DNA from: Heteronotia binoei | Lineage: Eukaryota | Reading direction: 5' to 3' | Length of the DNA stretch: 64,000 nt | NCBI RefSeq assembly: GCF_032191835.1 | Contig: NC_083243.1 | Span: 176,576,001-176,640,000, forward strand | In this document: in pieces, positions 23,506 to 36,627 of the stretch | Numbering within the stretch: position 1 is the first letter of the stretch | Layout of the letters: each line of letters opens with the position of its first letter | Notes under the pieces: model-generated | What the model was told of the DNA's origin: nothing | The model's input: only the letters and a program-made list of their open reading frames with translations | The model's database searches: none | Made by a program: the position numbers and the translations under genes

Positions 23506-23888
23506 TCATACAATACTTGTATCTGAGCAAAGGGTCCTCTTGTTAGCTAATATAGTTACACATTTATGGTTCCCCAAATTCTCTTGTTTACTGTCTGCCT
23601 CCAGCTCCATGGTCTCAGGCTTCAGTAGCAGATCTGTGGTTTCCCCTGCTGAACAGTGCAGTTCTTCCAAGTGATAACTGTTCACAGCCTCCTCTTTTGT
23701 TTCTTCCAGGGGACAGAGAAAACAGAAAGGGAAGCCCTTGCACCATGAAGGTAACTGTTGCTTTCTCAAGACAAGGGGGAGCTTGCATCTTTGTGCAGAC
23801 TTTTCATTGTGTTGTTTCAGGAAATTATCTGCTGTTTCTGGTTTGCATGATACAAAGTGGCTGAGCAATCCACGCTCTTGCAGGGTAC
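23506..23888 (-). CDS. SLC23A3: SLC23A3 exon 12 (terminal; GTLQERGLL..TSIV*)
   Basis: cttttag acceptor, phase 1; GT.ERGL motif as in human; TGA at 23506-08. Confidence 0.88.
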
Positions 23889-24507
23889 CTAAAAGTAACC
23901 ACAAAACAACTTAAAAGATCAATGAGCTTTGAAATATTTATTGTGGGTGCTACTAAGTGTCTCCATCTTTCAGCAGCCTAGCCTATCCAGCCAGAACAGC
24001 TACTTAAGGTTTACAGATACAGACATACCCTTAGCACCAGGGAGCTATGAGAAAGCAGTCACCTGAGTAATGGGCAAACATCCCTTAAGAGATGTTATGA
24101 TGGTATGTTCTTATGAACTCTGGAAGCAGGGTAGCAGACAGAGCACCCCACTCCACTCCACACTGGCAGCAGAAAGATCCCAATCACCAGGCAAAAAAAG
24201 CTACTGTTGTAGCTAAGGCTGAGTCTGACTGATGAAATGCCTAATATTGTGATGAAGAAGCAGCTTCCTGGGGCATGCTTCTTGCTTCAGAAACTTGCCC
24301 TCCTCTGCCAGCACTATATCTGCCTTGTCTCATGAAGACTCCAGCCCTCGTCCCACAGATCTTGATTTCAGCAATCAAAACAAAACTGCTTTTCGTCACA
24401 GAATAATTATTTTGACTGAAAAGACTGTGTCACATTTTCAGATTTTCAGCACTCATGCTTACACTAAAAATCAACATTCTTCTGCCATTGAAGAGACTGG
24501 AGATTTT

Positions 24508-24795
24508 AGAAGATGAAGATATTGGATTTATATCCCGCCCTCCACTCCGAAGAGTCTCAGAGCGGCTCACAATCTCCTTTACCTTCCTCCCCCACAACAG
24601 ACACCCTGTGAGGTGGGTGGGGCTGGAGAGGACTCTCACAGCAGCTGCCCTTTCAAGGACAACCTCTGCCAGAGCTATGGCTGACCCAAGGCCATGCTAG
24701 CAGGTGCAAGTGGAGGTGCAAGTGGAGGAGTGGGGAATCAAACCCGGTTCTCCCAGATAAGAGTCCGCACACTTAACCACTACACCAAACTGGCT
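24508..24795 (-). mobile_element. Squam3-like SINE, monomer
   Basis: Full head-body-tail copy. Confidence 0.85.
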
Positions 24796-24898
24796 ACTTT
24801 TACAAGAAGTATATACTGCTGGAAGAGAAGGGAAAGTTAATGAAGCAAGAGGAGTTAAGCAGAACTATGAAGATGTAGTTGCCATGAATGCTTGAAGC

Positions 24899-25185
24899 CA
24901 GGAATAGCCAAATTGTGGCTCTTTCACATATATTGTGTGGCTCCTGAAGTTCCCACCACCCTGTCAGTCTTTAAATCACTTCTCCAAGCCAAGCCAGCCA
25001 GCGGCTTGGATAACGCATTTAAAGTTAAAGCTGCTTTCTTTCCACCACTCCCTCCCCTCATCTATTTGCCTTCCTGCCTGCCTTCCTTGTGGCTCTCAAA
25101 CATCTGATGTTCATGTCTTGCAGCTCTCAAACATCTGACATTTATTCTATGTGGCTCTTACATTAAGTAAGTTTGGCCACCCCTG
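24899..25185. mobile_element. hAT (Charlie-like) MITE
   Basis: caggaatagccaaa / tttggccacccctg termini; perfect TSD cttgaagc. Confidence 0.8.
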
Positions 25186-25319
25186 CTTGAAGCTGTCTCG
25201 GAGGAAGTCAGTGGCTGAAAATCTTTACTAACTTCCAGGTGCGGCCTGAAGTTCTCTCAGAATTGCAGGTGATCTCCAGAGCTGTTTCCCTAGAGACAGT
25301 GGCAATAACTGAGGATGGA

Positions 25320-25532
25320 ATTCATATGAAGCTGCCTTATACTGAATCAGACCCTCGGTCCATCAAAGTCAGTATTGTCTACTCAGACTGGCAGCGGCTC
25401 TCCAGGTTCTCAAGCTGAGGTTTTTCACACCTACTTGCCTGGACCCTTTTTTAGTTGGAGATGCCAGGGATTGAACCTGGGACCTTCTGCTTCCCAAGCA
25501 GATGCTCTACCACTGAGCCACCGTCCCTCTCC
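25320..25532 (-). mobile_element. tRNA-headed SINE, single-head form
   Basis: Same family as the 5815, 10774 and 62406 copies; one head. Confidence 0.85.
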
Positions 25533-26364
25533 AAATTCAGTGGAGCTTACTCCCAGGCAGGTATGCACAATTACGAGCTAATCAAAGAAATGGCTGTGCT
25601 GACCTCAGCTAATGCTTAGGTAAGTTATACTATCTGCATATAACAAAAAGGAACAAAGAGGACAAAGTAGTCTACAAACATAAGCAGATAGGAAAAGGGG
25701 AGGGAGAACCCCAGAGTGAGAAAAATATGACAAGAGATCTGTCTTTAATGGAAGGAAAGGTGGTTAGAAGTCCTAAAACAAATACAGATATACAATTCTG
25801 CTTCCATTCTCTCTTCCTGTCTGCTTTTCTAAATATTAATATTGCTGTTTGGAAAACTGGGATCTGTGTGTCACTAGATGCACTCAATTCCTTCTACTTC
25901 GCTTTCTCTAAGGACTTTTCCTTTGTTCTGTCTCATTGAGTTGGACCCAGTGAGGATTAAATAAGCAGATAAACAAATGCACCAGAAAAGCAGGCAACAT
26001 TCATCACATCTTGATGAGCTCCTTCTTCCCTCCTATAACACACTTAAAAACATTATTGGTTCCCTGTACTAAAATTGCCATCGTCACAATGGTAACGGCT
26101 GTTACTAATCAACCAAACTGAACTGTTCTTAAAGGATTCCCATTTGTGGCCATCACAAAAGGGCTTCCCATCACAATGTGATATCCACTGTTGTTGTGCT
26201 GTAAAAAAGGGCACTGTCTCTTCTTGTTACAGTCAGTCAAGCTTCTTAAGAACAATCAACAATGGAAACTTCACTAGTGCCAGGAAGCACTCATCTAGAG
26301 CTGAGCAGAGAGTGGTCAAAAATGCAAACAATCAGAATAAAGCAACCTGTTGCTTTCTCCTTAC

Positions 26365-26460
26365 CTGAGACTGTATTCTCTAAAAAGAAAGACAGGATTC
26401 CAGTTATAAATGCAGGAATCATCAGTAAAGAAAGGAGGAAGAGGTCTACTGGTACACACC
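26365..26460 (-). CDS. SLC23A3: SLC23A3 exon 11 (96 nt; CVPVDLFLLSLLMIPAFITGILSFFLENTVS)
   Basis: ctgcag acceptor and G/gtaagg donor; FFLENT motif. Confidence 0.92.
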
Positions 26461-27229
26461 CTGCAGAGAAAGCATCACAATTACCTCAGAAATGCTCTTG
26501 TCCAGTGCCTCCCATGCATTCCTCCAAGTCTTCAAAGTTACCTCACTGACCATGCAGTCCTATATAGCGTTACTGCAATCTAGCCACATTGATTTCAGTT
26601 AACAGAACTGCACTGTAAATACCTCAGATAGTAATTAATTGAAACTGGTATTGACCAAATAGTTCTGTTGAACACAGAAGGTAATTTAATCAAAATACTG
26701 AATATAGAAATTTTCCTTAATTTATAATTTACTTGTATTTAGAAGTTCTACCCTGCTTTTATTAACAAGATACTCAAGCCTTCTTATAATTATGTAATAG
26801 AAATCACATTGAAATTCTATAGAGCAGCAGAAATAAAACAGCAGAGATTAAAGAGAAAATATAATACAAGTAGAGCATAGGGATGCCAGCCTTTAGGTGA
26901 GACTTGGGGATCTCCTGGAATTACACCTTATCTCTAGACTGCAGAGATCAGTTCCACTGAAGAAAATTGATGTTTTGAAGGGTGGACTCTATGGCACTGT
27001 ACCTCACTGAATTCTCTGTCCTCCCCAGGCTCCACCCAAAAATCTCCAGGAGTTTTCTAAATCAGGACCTGGCAATTTGACACACACACCCCACCCCCCA
27101 CCGGCTGGTCAGGGGACCTGGCAATCCTAGTAGAGCACCAAATACACATAATATTAAAAATTGATCCAGGTTAAAATAAGTCATGGATCCAGGTAATAAA
27201 ACACAAGCGAGATAAAATTCTGTCAAAAT

Positions 27230-27739
27230 TTGGGTTGCCAATCCCCAGGTGGGGGCAGGGGATCCCCCAGTTTGAAAGCCCTCCTCCCACTTCAGGGTCA
27301 TCAGAAAGCAGGGGGAGGGGAGGAAAATGTCTGCTGGGAACTCTGTTATTCCCAATGGAGACTTATTCCCATAGAAAATAATGGATAATCGAATCACGAG
27401 TATCTGGGGCTCTGGCGGGGGCTGTTTTTTTGAGGTAGAGGCACCAAATTTTCAGTATAGCATCTAGTGCCTCTCCCCAAAATACCCCCCAAGTTTCAAA
27501 AAGATTGGACCAGGGGGTCCACATCTATAAGCCCCAAAAGAAGGTGCCCCTATTCTTCATTGTTTCTTATGGAAGGAAGGCATTGAAAAGGTGTGCCGTC
27601 CCTTTAAATGTGATGGCCAGAACTCCCTTTGGAGTTCAATTATGCTTGTCACACCCTTGCTCCTGGCTCCACCCCCAATGTCTCCTGGCTCCACCCACAA
27701 AGTCCCCAGGTATTTCTTGAATTGGACTTAGCAACCCTA
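27230..27739 (-). mobile_element. hAT family A copy
   Basis: Both TIRs present; degenerate TSD (tgtca..). Confidence 0.85.
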
Positions 27740-28120
27740 TGTCATATTGATGTTGGAGGATAAGCCTGGTTTTCATCTAACTATATCTAAAACTCTTATT
27801 GCCTGTATGACTGATCACCCTGGAGAGGGATTACTATTACAGGGAAGATACTGTTGTATGTAATTCCAGATCTATTCCCCAGATGGAGGCAGGATGTAGA
27901 ATAGAGTTTAATTTGCTTCCTCCCCCCTTTTTGCTGATCTTATGTTGAACTTATGGGAAAATATGGGAGTATACTATAGGTAGGGTTGCCAACTCCAGGT
28001 TGGGAAACATCTGTAGATTTGGGGGGTGGAGCCTGAGGTGGGCAGATTTGGGAGGACTATATTTGGATATAATGCCATAGAATCTACCTTCCACAGTGGA
28101 CATTTTCTACAGGTGAACTG

Positions 28121-29066
28121 GTCTGGGCGAGTGAGTGTCAACGTGATAAATAAGGTTCAAAGTGGCCAAGTGCAAAGTAATGCATACTGGGGCCAAAAAT
28201 CCTAACTATAAATACAAGCTGATGGGGTGTGAACTGGTGGAGACTGACCAAGAGAGAGATCTTGGGGTTGTGGTAGATAACTCAATGAAAATGTTGAGAT
28301 ACTATGCGATTGCAATAAAAAAAAGGCCAATGCTATGCTGGGAATTATTAGGAAGGGAATTGAAAACAAATCAGCCAGTATCATAATGCCCCTGTATAAA
28401 TCAATGGTGTGGCCTCATTTGGAGTACTGTGTACAATTCTGGTTACCACACCTCAAAAAAGAAATTATAACATTGGAAAAAGTCCAGAAAAGGGCAACTA
28501 GAATGATTAAAACGGTTGAAACACTTTCCCTATGATGAAAGGTTAAAGCTCTTGAGGCTCTTTAGCTTGGAGAAATGTCGACTGAGGGGTGAAATGATAG
28601 AGGTTTACAAGATTATGCATGGGACAGAGAAAGAAGTACTTTTCTCCTTTTCTCACAATACAAGAACTCATGGACACTCAATGAAATTGCTGAGCAGTTG
28701 GGTTAGAACAGTTAAAAGGAAGTACTTCTTCACCCAAAAGGTGATTAACACATGGAATTCACTGCCACAGGAGGTGGAGGTGGCTACAAGCATAGCTAGC
28801 TTCAAGAAGGAATTGGATAGATATATGGAGCAGAGGTCCATCAGTGGATATTAGCCACAGCGTATTGTTGGAACTCTCTGTCTGGGGCAAGTGATGCTCT
28901 GTATTCTTGGTGCTTGGGAGGGGCAACAGTGTGAGGGCTCCTGGTGTCCTGGCCCCACTGATGAACCTCCTGATGGCACTTGAGTTTTTTGGCCACTGTG
29001 TGACACAGAGTGTTGGACTGGATGGGCCATTGATTTGATCCAACATGGCTTCTCTTATGTTCTTAT
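28121..29066 (+). mobile_element. CR1 LINE 3' fragment (second subfamily), nested in a short hAT MITE
   Basis: KCKVMH, PHLEYCVQFW and RLRGEMIEVYK ORFs; tail cttctcttatgttcttat. MITE halves at about 27980-28120 and 29067-29133. Confidence 0.9.
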
Positions 29067-29648
29067 CTCTGTCACTTAGAGATCAGTGGTAGTAGTAGAT
29101 CTCCAGCCACCAGTTAGAAATTAGCAACCTTAACTATAGGTGAAGACACTGAATCAACTGTTTAAAAAAATACACCACAACTTCATTTCCATATAAATGC
29201 GGTTCAGTTTAGCTCTAACACTGCAATCATACACAGCATTGCTCCAGTCTGAATCCCTTGGTCTCAGTGGGCTTAGACTGCGCTCAGGGATAAAAGTAAG
29301 CCAGTACACAGTACTATTAAGTGGCTGAAACTGTACTTCATCAACCTCGCTGAGACAGACACAGTACTAGCAGGATTGACTAACTGATTGAAATATTTGA
29401 CATAAATTTACTGAGCATCTAAAAGTCAGTTGCAAGGAACAAAGTGAGGGCACAGTCCATGAAGTACTCTTTCAGAAAAGTCACTTTTGGAACCCGTTAT
29501 TCAAGCCTTAACCCATATGTTAACCCAACCGCCTTTTTACAGGTGTTCAGGATCTTGCAATAATTCCTTAACTGTACCCAGATTATGGCCTCTCAAGCTT
29601 TTGTTGTTCTCACAACCCTGAAAATGTAAAGTCTCCTGCCCTCAGCAC

Positions 29649-29816
29649 CTGTGGCCAGGGACTCTGGCGCAGCGAAGAGCCATTTCGGAACCAGCAGTCC
29701 CATGAACATGGTGAAGCCCACAATGAAGATGTTCCTTCCTGAGTCAATGTTCGTGTATTGGAAGTACGAGATGCCAGTGCCTACAGCCATGCTATATGAC
29801 ACACACAGCATTCCTC
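29649..29816 (-). CDS. SLC23A3: SLC23A3 exon 10 (168 nt; GMLCVSY..NIDSGRNIFIVGFTMFMGLLVPKW..LAT)
   Basis: cctcag acceptor, G/gtgctg donor; IDSGRNIFIVGF identical to human. Confidence 0.95.
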
Positions 29817-30097
29817 CTGAGGTAAAAAAGAGAAAAACAGCAACACTGACTTCAGAAGAAGACAACAAGCAATGGGGAGGAGAGGGAGGTGAAGCCATCT
29901 ACTGCTTTCAGCCAGCAAGTGCCACCTCATATGAGGCTGCCAGGGCTTGGAAAACTCCAGGTTTTCTTCCTTTGATCTGAAGCTGGCAGCCCTAGTCCAT
30001 TTCCCCAACATATACAGAAAAGAAGCTTGGTACTATGAGTTGCCTCAGACTGTGAGCAGGAAGACATAACAGAGGGAAGATTGCAAGCATTTGTTAC

Positions 30098-30203
30098 CAT
30101 GAACTGCCAGAGGAATGGTGGCAAGAAGTCCTGTCAGCCGAGGAGATAAGCCCAACAATATGCACGCCAGAGCACTAACCCACACTGAGCGGAATGAGGT
30201 AAC
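30098..30203 (-). CDS. SLC23A3: SLC23A3 exon 9 (106 nt; VTSFRSVWVSALACILLGLSPRLTGLLATIPLAVH)
   Basis: ttcag acceptor, G/gtaaca donor; LGLSPRL..TIP motif; absent from the ORF track. Confidence 0.93.
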
Positions 30204-30334
30204 CTGAATTTTTTAAAAAAATAATAATGGTCAGTGGTTGTGGCCTCCTTGAGGGAACCTGCATTGCCTGACATGAAACTTTCAAAGATCCATGGGAGGG
30301 CCATCTAATAAATTGCTGCCCCCAGGCTGTAGCC

Positions 30335-32185
30335 CCTAGGAGGCCAGGCTATAGCCATTCTACAGGCCTTCTGGAGAAAATAGAAGTTGTCAGACTGACT
30401 GAATATTAGATGACCTCTATGGTTAGGGACAGAGGGTGGCGTTTGTTGAGAGGGTCTCCCTGTGACATCCACTGGGATGTTGAGTGCCACAGGGAGAGAT
30501 CCTATCGCCAATGCTGCTTAACATCTACATGAGCCCCTCGCCCAATTGGTCTGGGCTGTCTGTCACCAGTAGGCTGATGGTACACCCAGCTCTATTTGTT
30601 GTTGGATGGCTGCCAGAGCGCAACCCCAGAGAATTTGGACAGGGTGTTAGAGGCCATGGCTGGGTGGCTACAGCAGAGTTGGTTGAAACTCAATCCAGCA
30701 AAGACGGAGGTCCTGTACCTGAACTGGGGGGGAGTTGAGTTAGGAATCAGGCTCCCTGATTTGGTTGGTGCACCGCTGGTGCTGCTACAGAAGGTGAGGA
30801 GCCTAGGTGTGATCCAGGATACATCACATCCACAGAGGCCCAGGTTACCACAGTTGCCAGGTTGGCCTTTTATCATCTTCTGCAGTTAAGGAACTGGTTC
30901 CCTATCTCTCTCACCAGGATTTGGCTACAGTGACCCATGCAATGGTCACTCACTTCTGGGATTGATTACTGTATAGGCTTCCCAATCCCCAGGTCCCAGC
31001 GGGGGATCCCCTGGTTTTACAGGCTTCCCCCCTCCCCCAGCCAGCTGGCCGGCGGGGGAAGCCCCACCCCCACAGCCATTATGCAGCTCCATTAACAATT
31101 CCCATAAGGAATGATGGGGAATTGATCCGCGATTATCGGGGGCTCTGGGGGGGCTGTTTTTTGAGGTAGAGGTGCCAAATTTTCAGTATAGCATCTAGTG
31201 CCTCTTCCCAAAATGCCCCCCAAGTTTCAAAAGTATTGGACCAGGGGGTCCAATTCTATGAGCCCCAAAAGAAGGTGCCCCTATCCTTCATTATGTTCTA
31301 TGGAAGGAAGGCATTTTAAAAGGTGTGCTGTCCCTTTAAATGTGATGGCCAGAACTCCCTTGGAGTTCAATTCTGCTTGTCACACCGGTACTCCTGGCCC
31401 CGCCCCCAATGTCTCCTGGCCCCACCCCCAAAGTCCCCAGATATTTCTTGAATTGGACTTGGCAACCCTATTACTGTAACTCATTTTAAGCAGGCTTATC
31501 TTTGAGGCTAATCCAGAAACTCCAGCTAGTGCAAAATGTGGTAGTGTTCCTGATGACTGCGATGTCTGTGTGGGGCGCATTTGGCTGGGGCTACACCAAT
31601 TGCACTGGCTACCGATTGAGTACTCGATCCATTTAAAGGTGCTGGTATTGACCTTTAAAGCCCTGTGGGGCCTGGGACTGACATATCAGAGGGACCACCT
31701 CTCCACATATATGCCCCGTAGAGCCTTGCACTAATTTGATGGTTGTTCCTGGTCCAAAGGCCATCCTCTTAGCCTTGACCAGGGTCAGGGCAGAGAAGGC
31801 CTTGGCCTGGTGAAACATGTTCCTATCTGAGATCAGGGCCCCGTGAGACCTCTTACAGTTTTGCAGGTCCTGTAAAATGGAACTGCTCCGCCAGGCCTTT
31901 GGGTGATGCAGCAAGTGCCCAACTATTTTGGGCTCCCTTGCTGAAGCTCTCCGTCTCTATATGGTTCAGATTAAGTAACGCCTCATAGTTTTGGGGCATG
32001 GCCTAGCTGTTCCAGTTACTTGAGATTATTGCATCTTCTGAGTTACAGTGCTACCTGCTTTTAGATTATTGTGCTTCTGTTTTAATTGTTTTAACTATGT
32101 AGCTATTATAACTGTTTAATGGTTTGTAAAACTGATGTTGTGATCTGCCCTGAGGAAGGTGGAATATAAGTAGAAATAAACAAAC
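30335..32185 (+). mobile_element. Decayed L2 LINE (RT region to tail), interrupted by a hAT element
   Basis: PQG.ILSPMLLNIYM, WLKLNPAKTEVL and HWLP..KVLVLTFKAL remnants. Confidence 0.8.
30974..31470 (-). mobile_element. hAT family A-related copy inside L2
   Basis: TIR taggcttcccaa / ttggcaacccta; perfect TSD ttactgta. Confidence 0.9.
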
Positions 32186-32377
32186 AAAAGAACACGTATC
32201 ATCCTGCCCTCTTTTATTACACCATAGGGATGATTTTATTATGAGGTTTTAATGTTTACAGTTTTAAGGTAGTTATTATAGTTGTTGTTATCCATCTTGA
32301 GGGGCCCAGACAGGCTAAAAGGCACTATAAAAATTACCTTGATAGAAATTAAAAACAAAACAAAAAAACAGGGCACA

Positions 32378-33078
32378 AGAAAAAGAAGATATTGGATTTA
32401 TATCCCGCCCTCCACTCCGAAGAGTCTCAGAGCGGCTCACAATCTCCTTTACCTTCCTCCCCCACAACAGACACTCTGTGAGGTGGGTGGGGCTGGAGAG
32501 GGCTCTCTCAGCAGCTGCCCTTTCAAGGACAGAGGCTCAGAGTGGCCTACAATCTCCTTTATCTCCCTCCCCCACAACAGACAACCTGTGAGGTGGGTGG
32601 GGTTGAGAACGCTCTCACAGCAACTGCCCATTCAAGGACAGAGGCTCAGAGCAGCCTACAATCTCCTTTCCCTTCCTCCCCCACAACAGACACCCTGTGA
32701 GATGGGTGGGGCTGGAGAGGGCTCAGAGCGGCCTACAATCTCCTTTATCTCCCTCCCCCACAACAGACACCGTGTGAGGAGGGTGGGGCTGGAGAGGGCT
32801 CTCACAGCAGCTGCCCTTTCAAGGACAGAGGCACAGAGCGGCCTACAATCTCCTTTCCCTTCCTCCCCCACAACAGACACCCTGTGAGGTGGGTGGGGCT
32901 GGAGAGGGCTCTCACAGCAGCTGCCCTTTCAAGGACAACCTCTGCCAGAGCTATGGCTGACCCAAGGCCATGCTAGCAGGTGCAAGTGGAGGAGTGGGGA
33001 ATCAAACCCAGTTCTCCCAGATAAGAGTCCACACACTTAACCACTACACCAAACTGGCTCTCCACACCAAACTGGCTC
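32378..33078 (-). repeat. Squam3-like SINE with five body units (one internally deleted)
   Basis: aatctcc unit starts at 32441/32551/32660/32737/32847. Confidence 0.88.
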
Positions 33079-34562
33079 TGTTTTAATTGTTTTAACTATG
33101 TAACTATTATAACTGTTCAATGGTTTTAAGAACTTGCTTCTGCTGTAATACAGACCTACCAAACTGGCTGTATTTCCCCCCATGTATATTCACCCCTCAG
33201 ATCCTTCTGGATTTCATAAGGTGACAAAGCAGGGAGTGCCCTGCTGAAGAAAACTGAGGGTGGGCAGGTAGAAGTCTAATTGCATTGCCAATGAGAGAAG
33301 TCATTTGTTCTCTTTAAAGACAGGCCTGGTTTTGCCCTCTCCTCAAACCCACTGGCCATGACACAGAGGCGACCTATGGATAGGTTTGGTCCAAAAGGCA
33401 GCTCTGGGATGATATCCCTCCCCAATGTAACCTACACTCCAAGACCTCTTTTTGTCTTCATTTACTATATAATTCAAAGAGGGGGAGCATTTCACTTACC
33501 AAAACAAACAGCAAAAGAAGCTACTGGTGCAGTGGGAAAGTAAGTAGTTTATTAATAATATGACCACATGGGATCGTCATGTTGTTAATAAATTCCTTGA
33601 TTTCTTACTGCACTGTCAGATTCTTTTGCTTCTGTTTTTTTCACTTGCTATGTTTCTCCACCCAGAGGCCACTTCTGGAACAGAAAGCTTGGGTTTGCCC
33701 TCAGAACAGTTCCAGGCTTTGGGGGAGCCCTGGGCAGAGAGTTCCCAGGGCACCTTCTTCTCCACCGTCAGGCTTGTGGCCTCCTTTCCTCCCACCCAAC
33801 TGTATGCCTCCTCACCTGTCTGTATGTCCTTTCTCTGCCTGCTTGCAAGCTTTCCCGATGCCTATGCTTATAGCTGCCTGACTACCTGCAGCCCTTTCCC
33901 CAGGGGCAATGGCAGTGTGTGCCTCTAGGAGCATCAGTCACTAGCAACAGAGTGAGTGGAATGAGCCCTGTCAGAAATCCTGGGCCCTGGTAGCTGCTCC
34001 AATTCAGGGTATGCCTCCTCTGCAGACCTGGGCCAGGCCAGCTGGCAATAGTTTGAATAGTGCTGTCAAATGCAACTGCCACATCCTTGTTCCTATGACT
34101 GACCATAAGAAGAAATGCTGCAGCTAAGTGGGGAGGAGGCTGCAAGGATAATGGGACACCCAGAACATCACCTAGTTACAGGCTGTGACCACCTCCCAGC
34201 TGGATAACAAGATCAAAAGCTTCAACTAGGTGAATGGGCTTGGCTGCATAGAATGTGCTTTGCATACACATGGTTTCATATTCAGTCTCTAGTATCCTCA
34301 GCAAAATTGGATTTCAAGTAACAAGGTCAGGAAAAAAAATCTCTGTCTGAAACCTTTAGTTTGGAGTAGACAACGCTTGACTAGATAAAGTAATGGCCTG
34401 ATTCTGGACAAGGCAATTTCATGTATTGGGCCTGAGACTATGGCAATCTCTGAAACTGGGGCTGAAATAAGTGCCTGTTATCCCTTGAGCACTATAGTGG
34501 ATCTTGTGAGAGATCTCTGTTTTCGCTTTACATCTGTCCATGACCCTCACCCATGCACATAC

Positions 34563-34816
34563 CTGAGTCAGACAGCTGGCACAAACATTGGGCATGCTAG
34601 ATGCTGTTCCAGACACCCCCCCCAGCACAGCAGACAGGAGACTGCCTAGGCCTTCAGCGCAGATCCCTCTGTTGCATGCATGCTGAGGTGCAGGTGGTTC
34701 CCTTAGAACTTTGCTACAAAGCAAATAGCAGCCTATAGAGTTAATACTTGCAGCAACACCCATTGCAGCACCTATGGCTACTGAAGGGGTACTAAGTAGA
34801 GGCCAGCCCTGTTCGC
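34563..34816 (-). CDS. SLC23A3: SLC23A3 exon 8 (254 nt; EQGWPLL..CNRGICAEGLGSLL..SSMPNVCASCLTQ)
   Basis: ctgcag acceptor and CAG/gtatgt donor; RG...EGLGS motif and NAT-motif region. Confidence 0.95.
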
Positions 34817-34905
34817 CTGCAGAAGGAAGGGAAGGAAAGATGAGAAACAAAGTCCAACCACCAGCCCCCCCACAAAGGGCAGAGTCTGGTTGGCCCTCAT
34901 ACTAC

Positions 34906-35053
34906 CTGGATAAGGCACCTGGAGCCATGGGGACTGCAGGGTGCTGTTGTTGAGGGTCAAATGATGCGTGGAAGGATGCAACACATCCCAAGGAATTGGG
35001 ATGGGATTCAGAATCCCACAAACAAGCCAGATTCCAGAGACTGGCAACAGAAC
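34906..35053 (-). CDS. SLC23A3: SLC23A3 exon 7 (148 nt; VLLPVSGIWLVCG..PWLQVPYP)
   Basis: cgacag acceptor, G/gtagta donor; matches human VLIPVACVW..PWIWLPHPG. Confidence 0.9.
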
Positions 35054-35320
35054 CTGTCGGAATACAAAGTAAAAGTGAGAAGCCACCTGCCCTTCCTATG
35101 TGCTGCTCGCCCCCAAGACTCTTTAGCCCCCTGCCCCCATTCTTCAGAATGTTACTCACTCTTTTTTAAATTACCATTTATCTTCACAGGTGTTTGGATG
35201 GAACTATATATGGAAACATATGGGTTTGATTTAGGACCAAAATTTAGGTGTGATTTAGGACCAAGCAGTATACGCTGGTGGGCTTTGGAGAAGAAGAGGG
35301 GCAGAAAGGATCCAGGAATT

Positions 35321-35813
35321 AAGAAGAAGAAGAAGATGATATTGGATTTATATCCCGCCCTCCACTCCAAAGAGTCTCAGAGCGGCTCACAATCTCCTTT
35401 ACCCTCCTCCCCCACAACAGACACCCTGTGAGGTAGATGAAGATATTGGATTTATATCCCGCCCTCCACTCCAAAGAGTCTCAGAGCGGCTCACAATCTC
35501 CTTTACCTTCCTCCCCCACAACAGACACCCTGTGAGGTAGATGAAGATATTGGATTTATATCCCGCCCTCCACTCCGAAGAGTCTCAGAGCGGCTCACAA
35601 TCTCCTTTACCTTCCTCCCCCACAACAGACACCCTGTGAGGTGGGTGGGGCTGAGAGGGCTCTCACAGCAGCTGCCCTTTCAAGGACAACCTCTGCCAGA
35701 GCTATGGCTGACCCAAGGCCATGCCAGCAGGTGCAAGTGGAGGAGTGGGGAATCAAACCCGGTTCTCCCAGATAAGAGTCCGCATACTTAACCACTACAC
35801 CAAACTGGCTCTC
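35321..35813 (-). repeat. Squam3-like SINE with triplicated 104-bp tail unit
   Basis: gatattggattt at 35338/35442/35546. Confidence 0.88.
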
Positions 35814-36448
35814 AAGCTACATTCCAGAGGTGACGTCTAAAGTAAATTTGTGCAATGCATAAAATGAGGAGAGGACACACACACCCCAATTTAATTATAA
35901 TATTTCCTCTCAAAGAACTGTAGTTTGGTTAGGATACAAAGAAGTAATTGTTGGGGATGCTTTTTGAGTTTGTTTGTTTTTTAAATATATAATTGACATA
36001 TCAACATACCAATATTATTGTATATTGTTGTCAATTACTGGTAAAAAAAACCCTCCACAAAGATTTCCATGGAGACTAGGAAAGGGAAATGCAGTGAAAC
36101 CCTCTATCTGGAAGCCCTGTTGCTGCTATGCAGCATCGAGAGCTACAGCTATAATGGGGTTTCACAGGAAAGTATCACTATGTGGAAAAGCCCTAAGTCT
36201 ATGGTATAAATATGCTGAGGAGCTTCATAGCATAGGAACAACCAGGCATCTCATGGTTCCTTCAGGTCATGCAGCCAGTCATCCTTGGAGCTTCCTGTTA
36301 TCTTAACGGTAAACTGCAAATGTATCTAACTCCTCAATTAGTATAAAAATCTGAAATATCTCTACGCTTAAAGTTGCATAGATCAGAGCAAGACAACAGG
36401 GCAATGGTGAAGAGGATGGAAACTGGACAGGGGTTCATTAATCCATAC

Positions 36449-36572
36449 CGAGAACATATGAAGATTTGGGCGACGTGATCTTATAGAGAGGCCCCCTGCC
36501 TGGCTCCACTGGCAGAGGGGCAATCGACAGGAAGCCAGGTGCTGTGATAGCAAAATACTCAGCAACACAAGT
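36449..36572 (-). CDS. SLC23A3: SLC23A3 exon 6 (124 nt; LVLLSILLSQHLASC..LHMFS)
   Basis: cttttag acceptor and TCG/gtatgg donor; SQHL.SC motif. Confidence 0.92.
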
Positions 36573-36627
36573 CTAAAAGAGATGGAGAGTGAGTGATATT
36601 CAGCATAGCAGTGCCATAGGTATAGGG

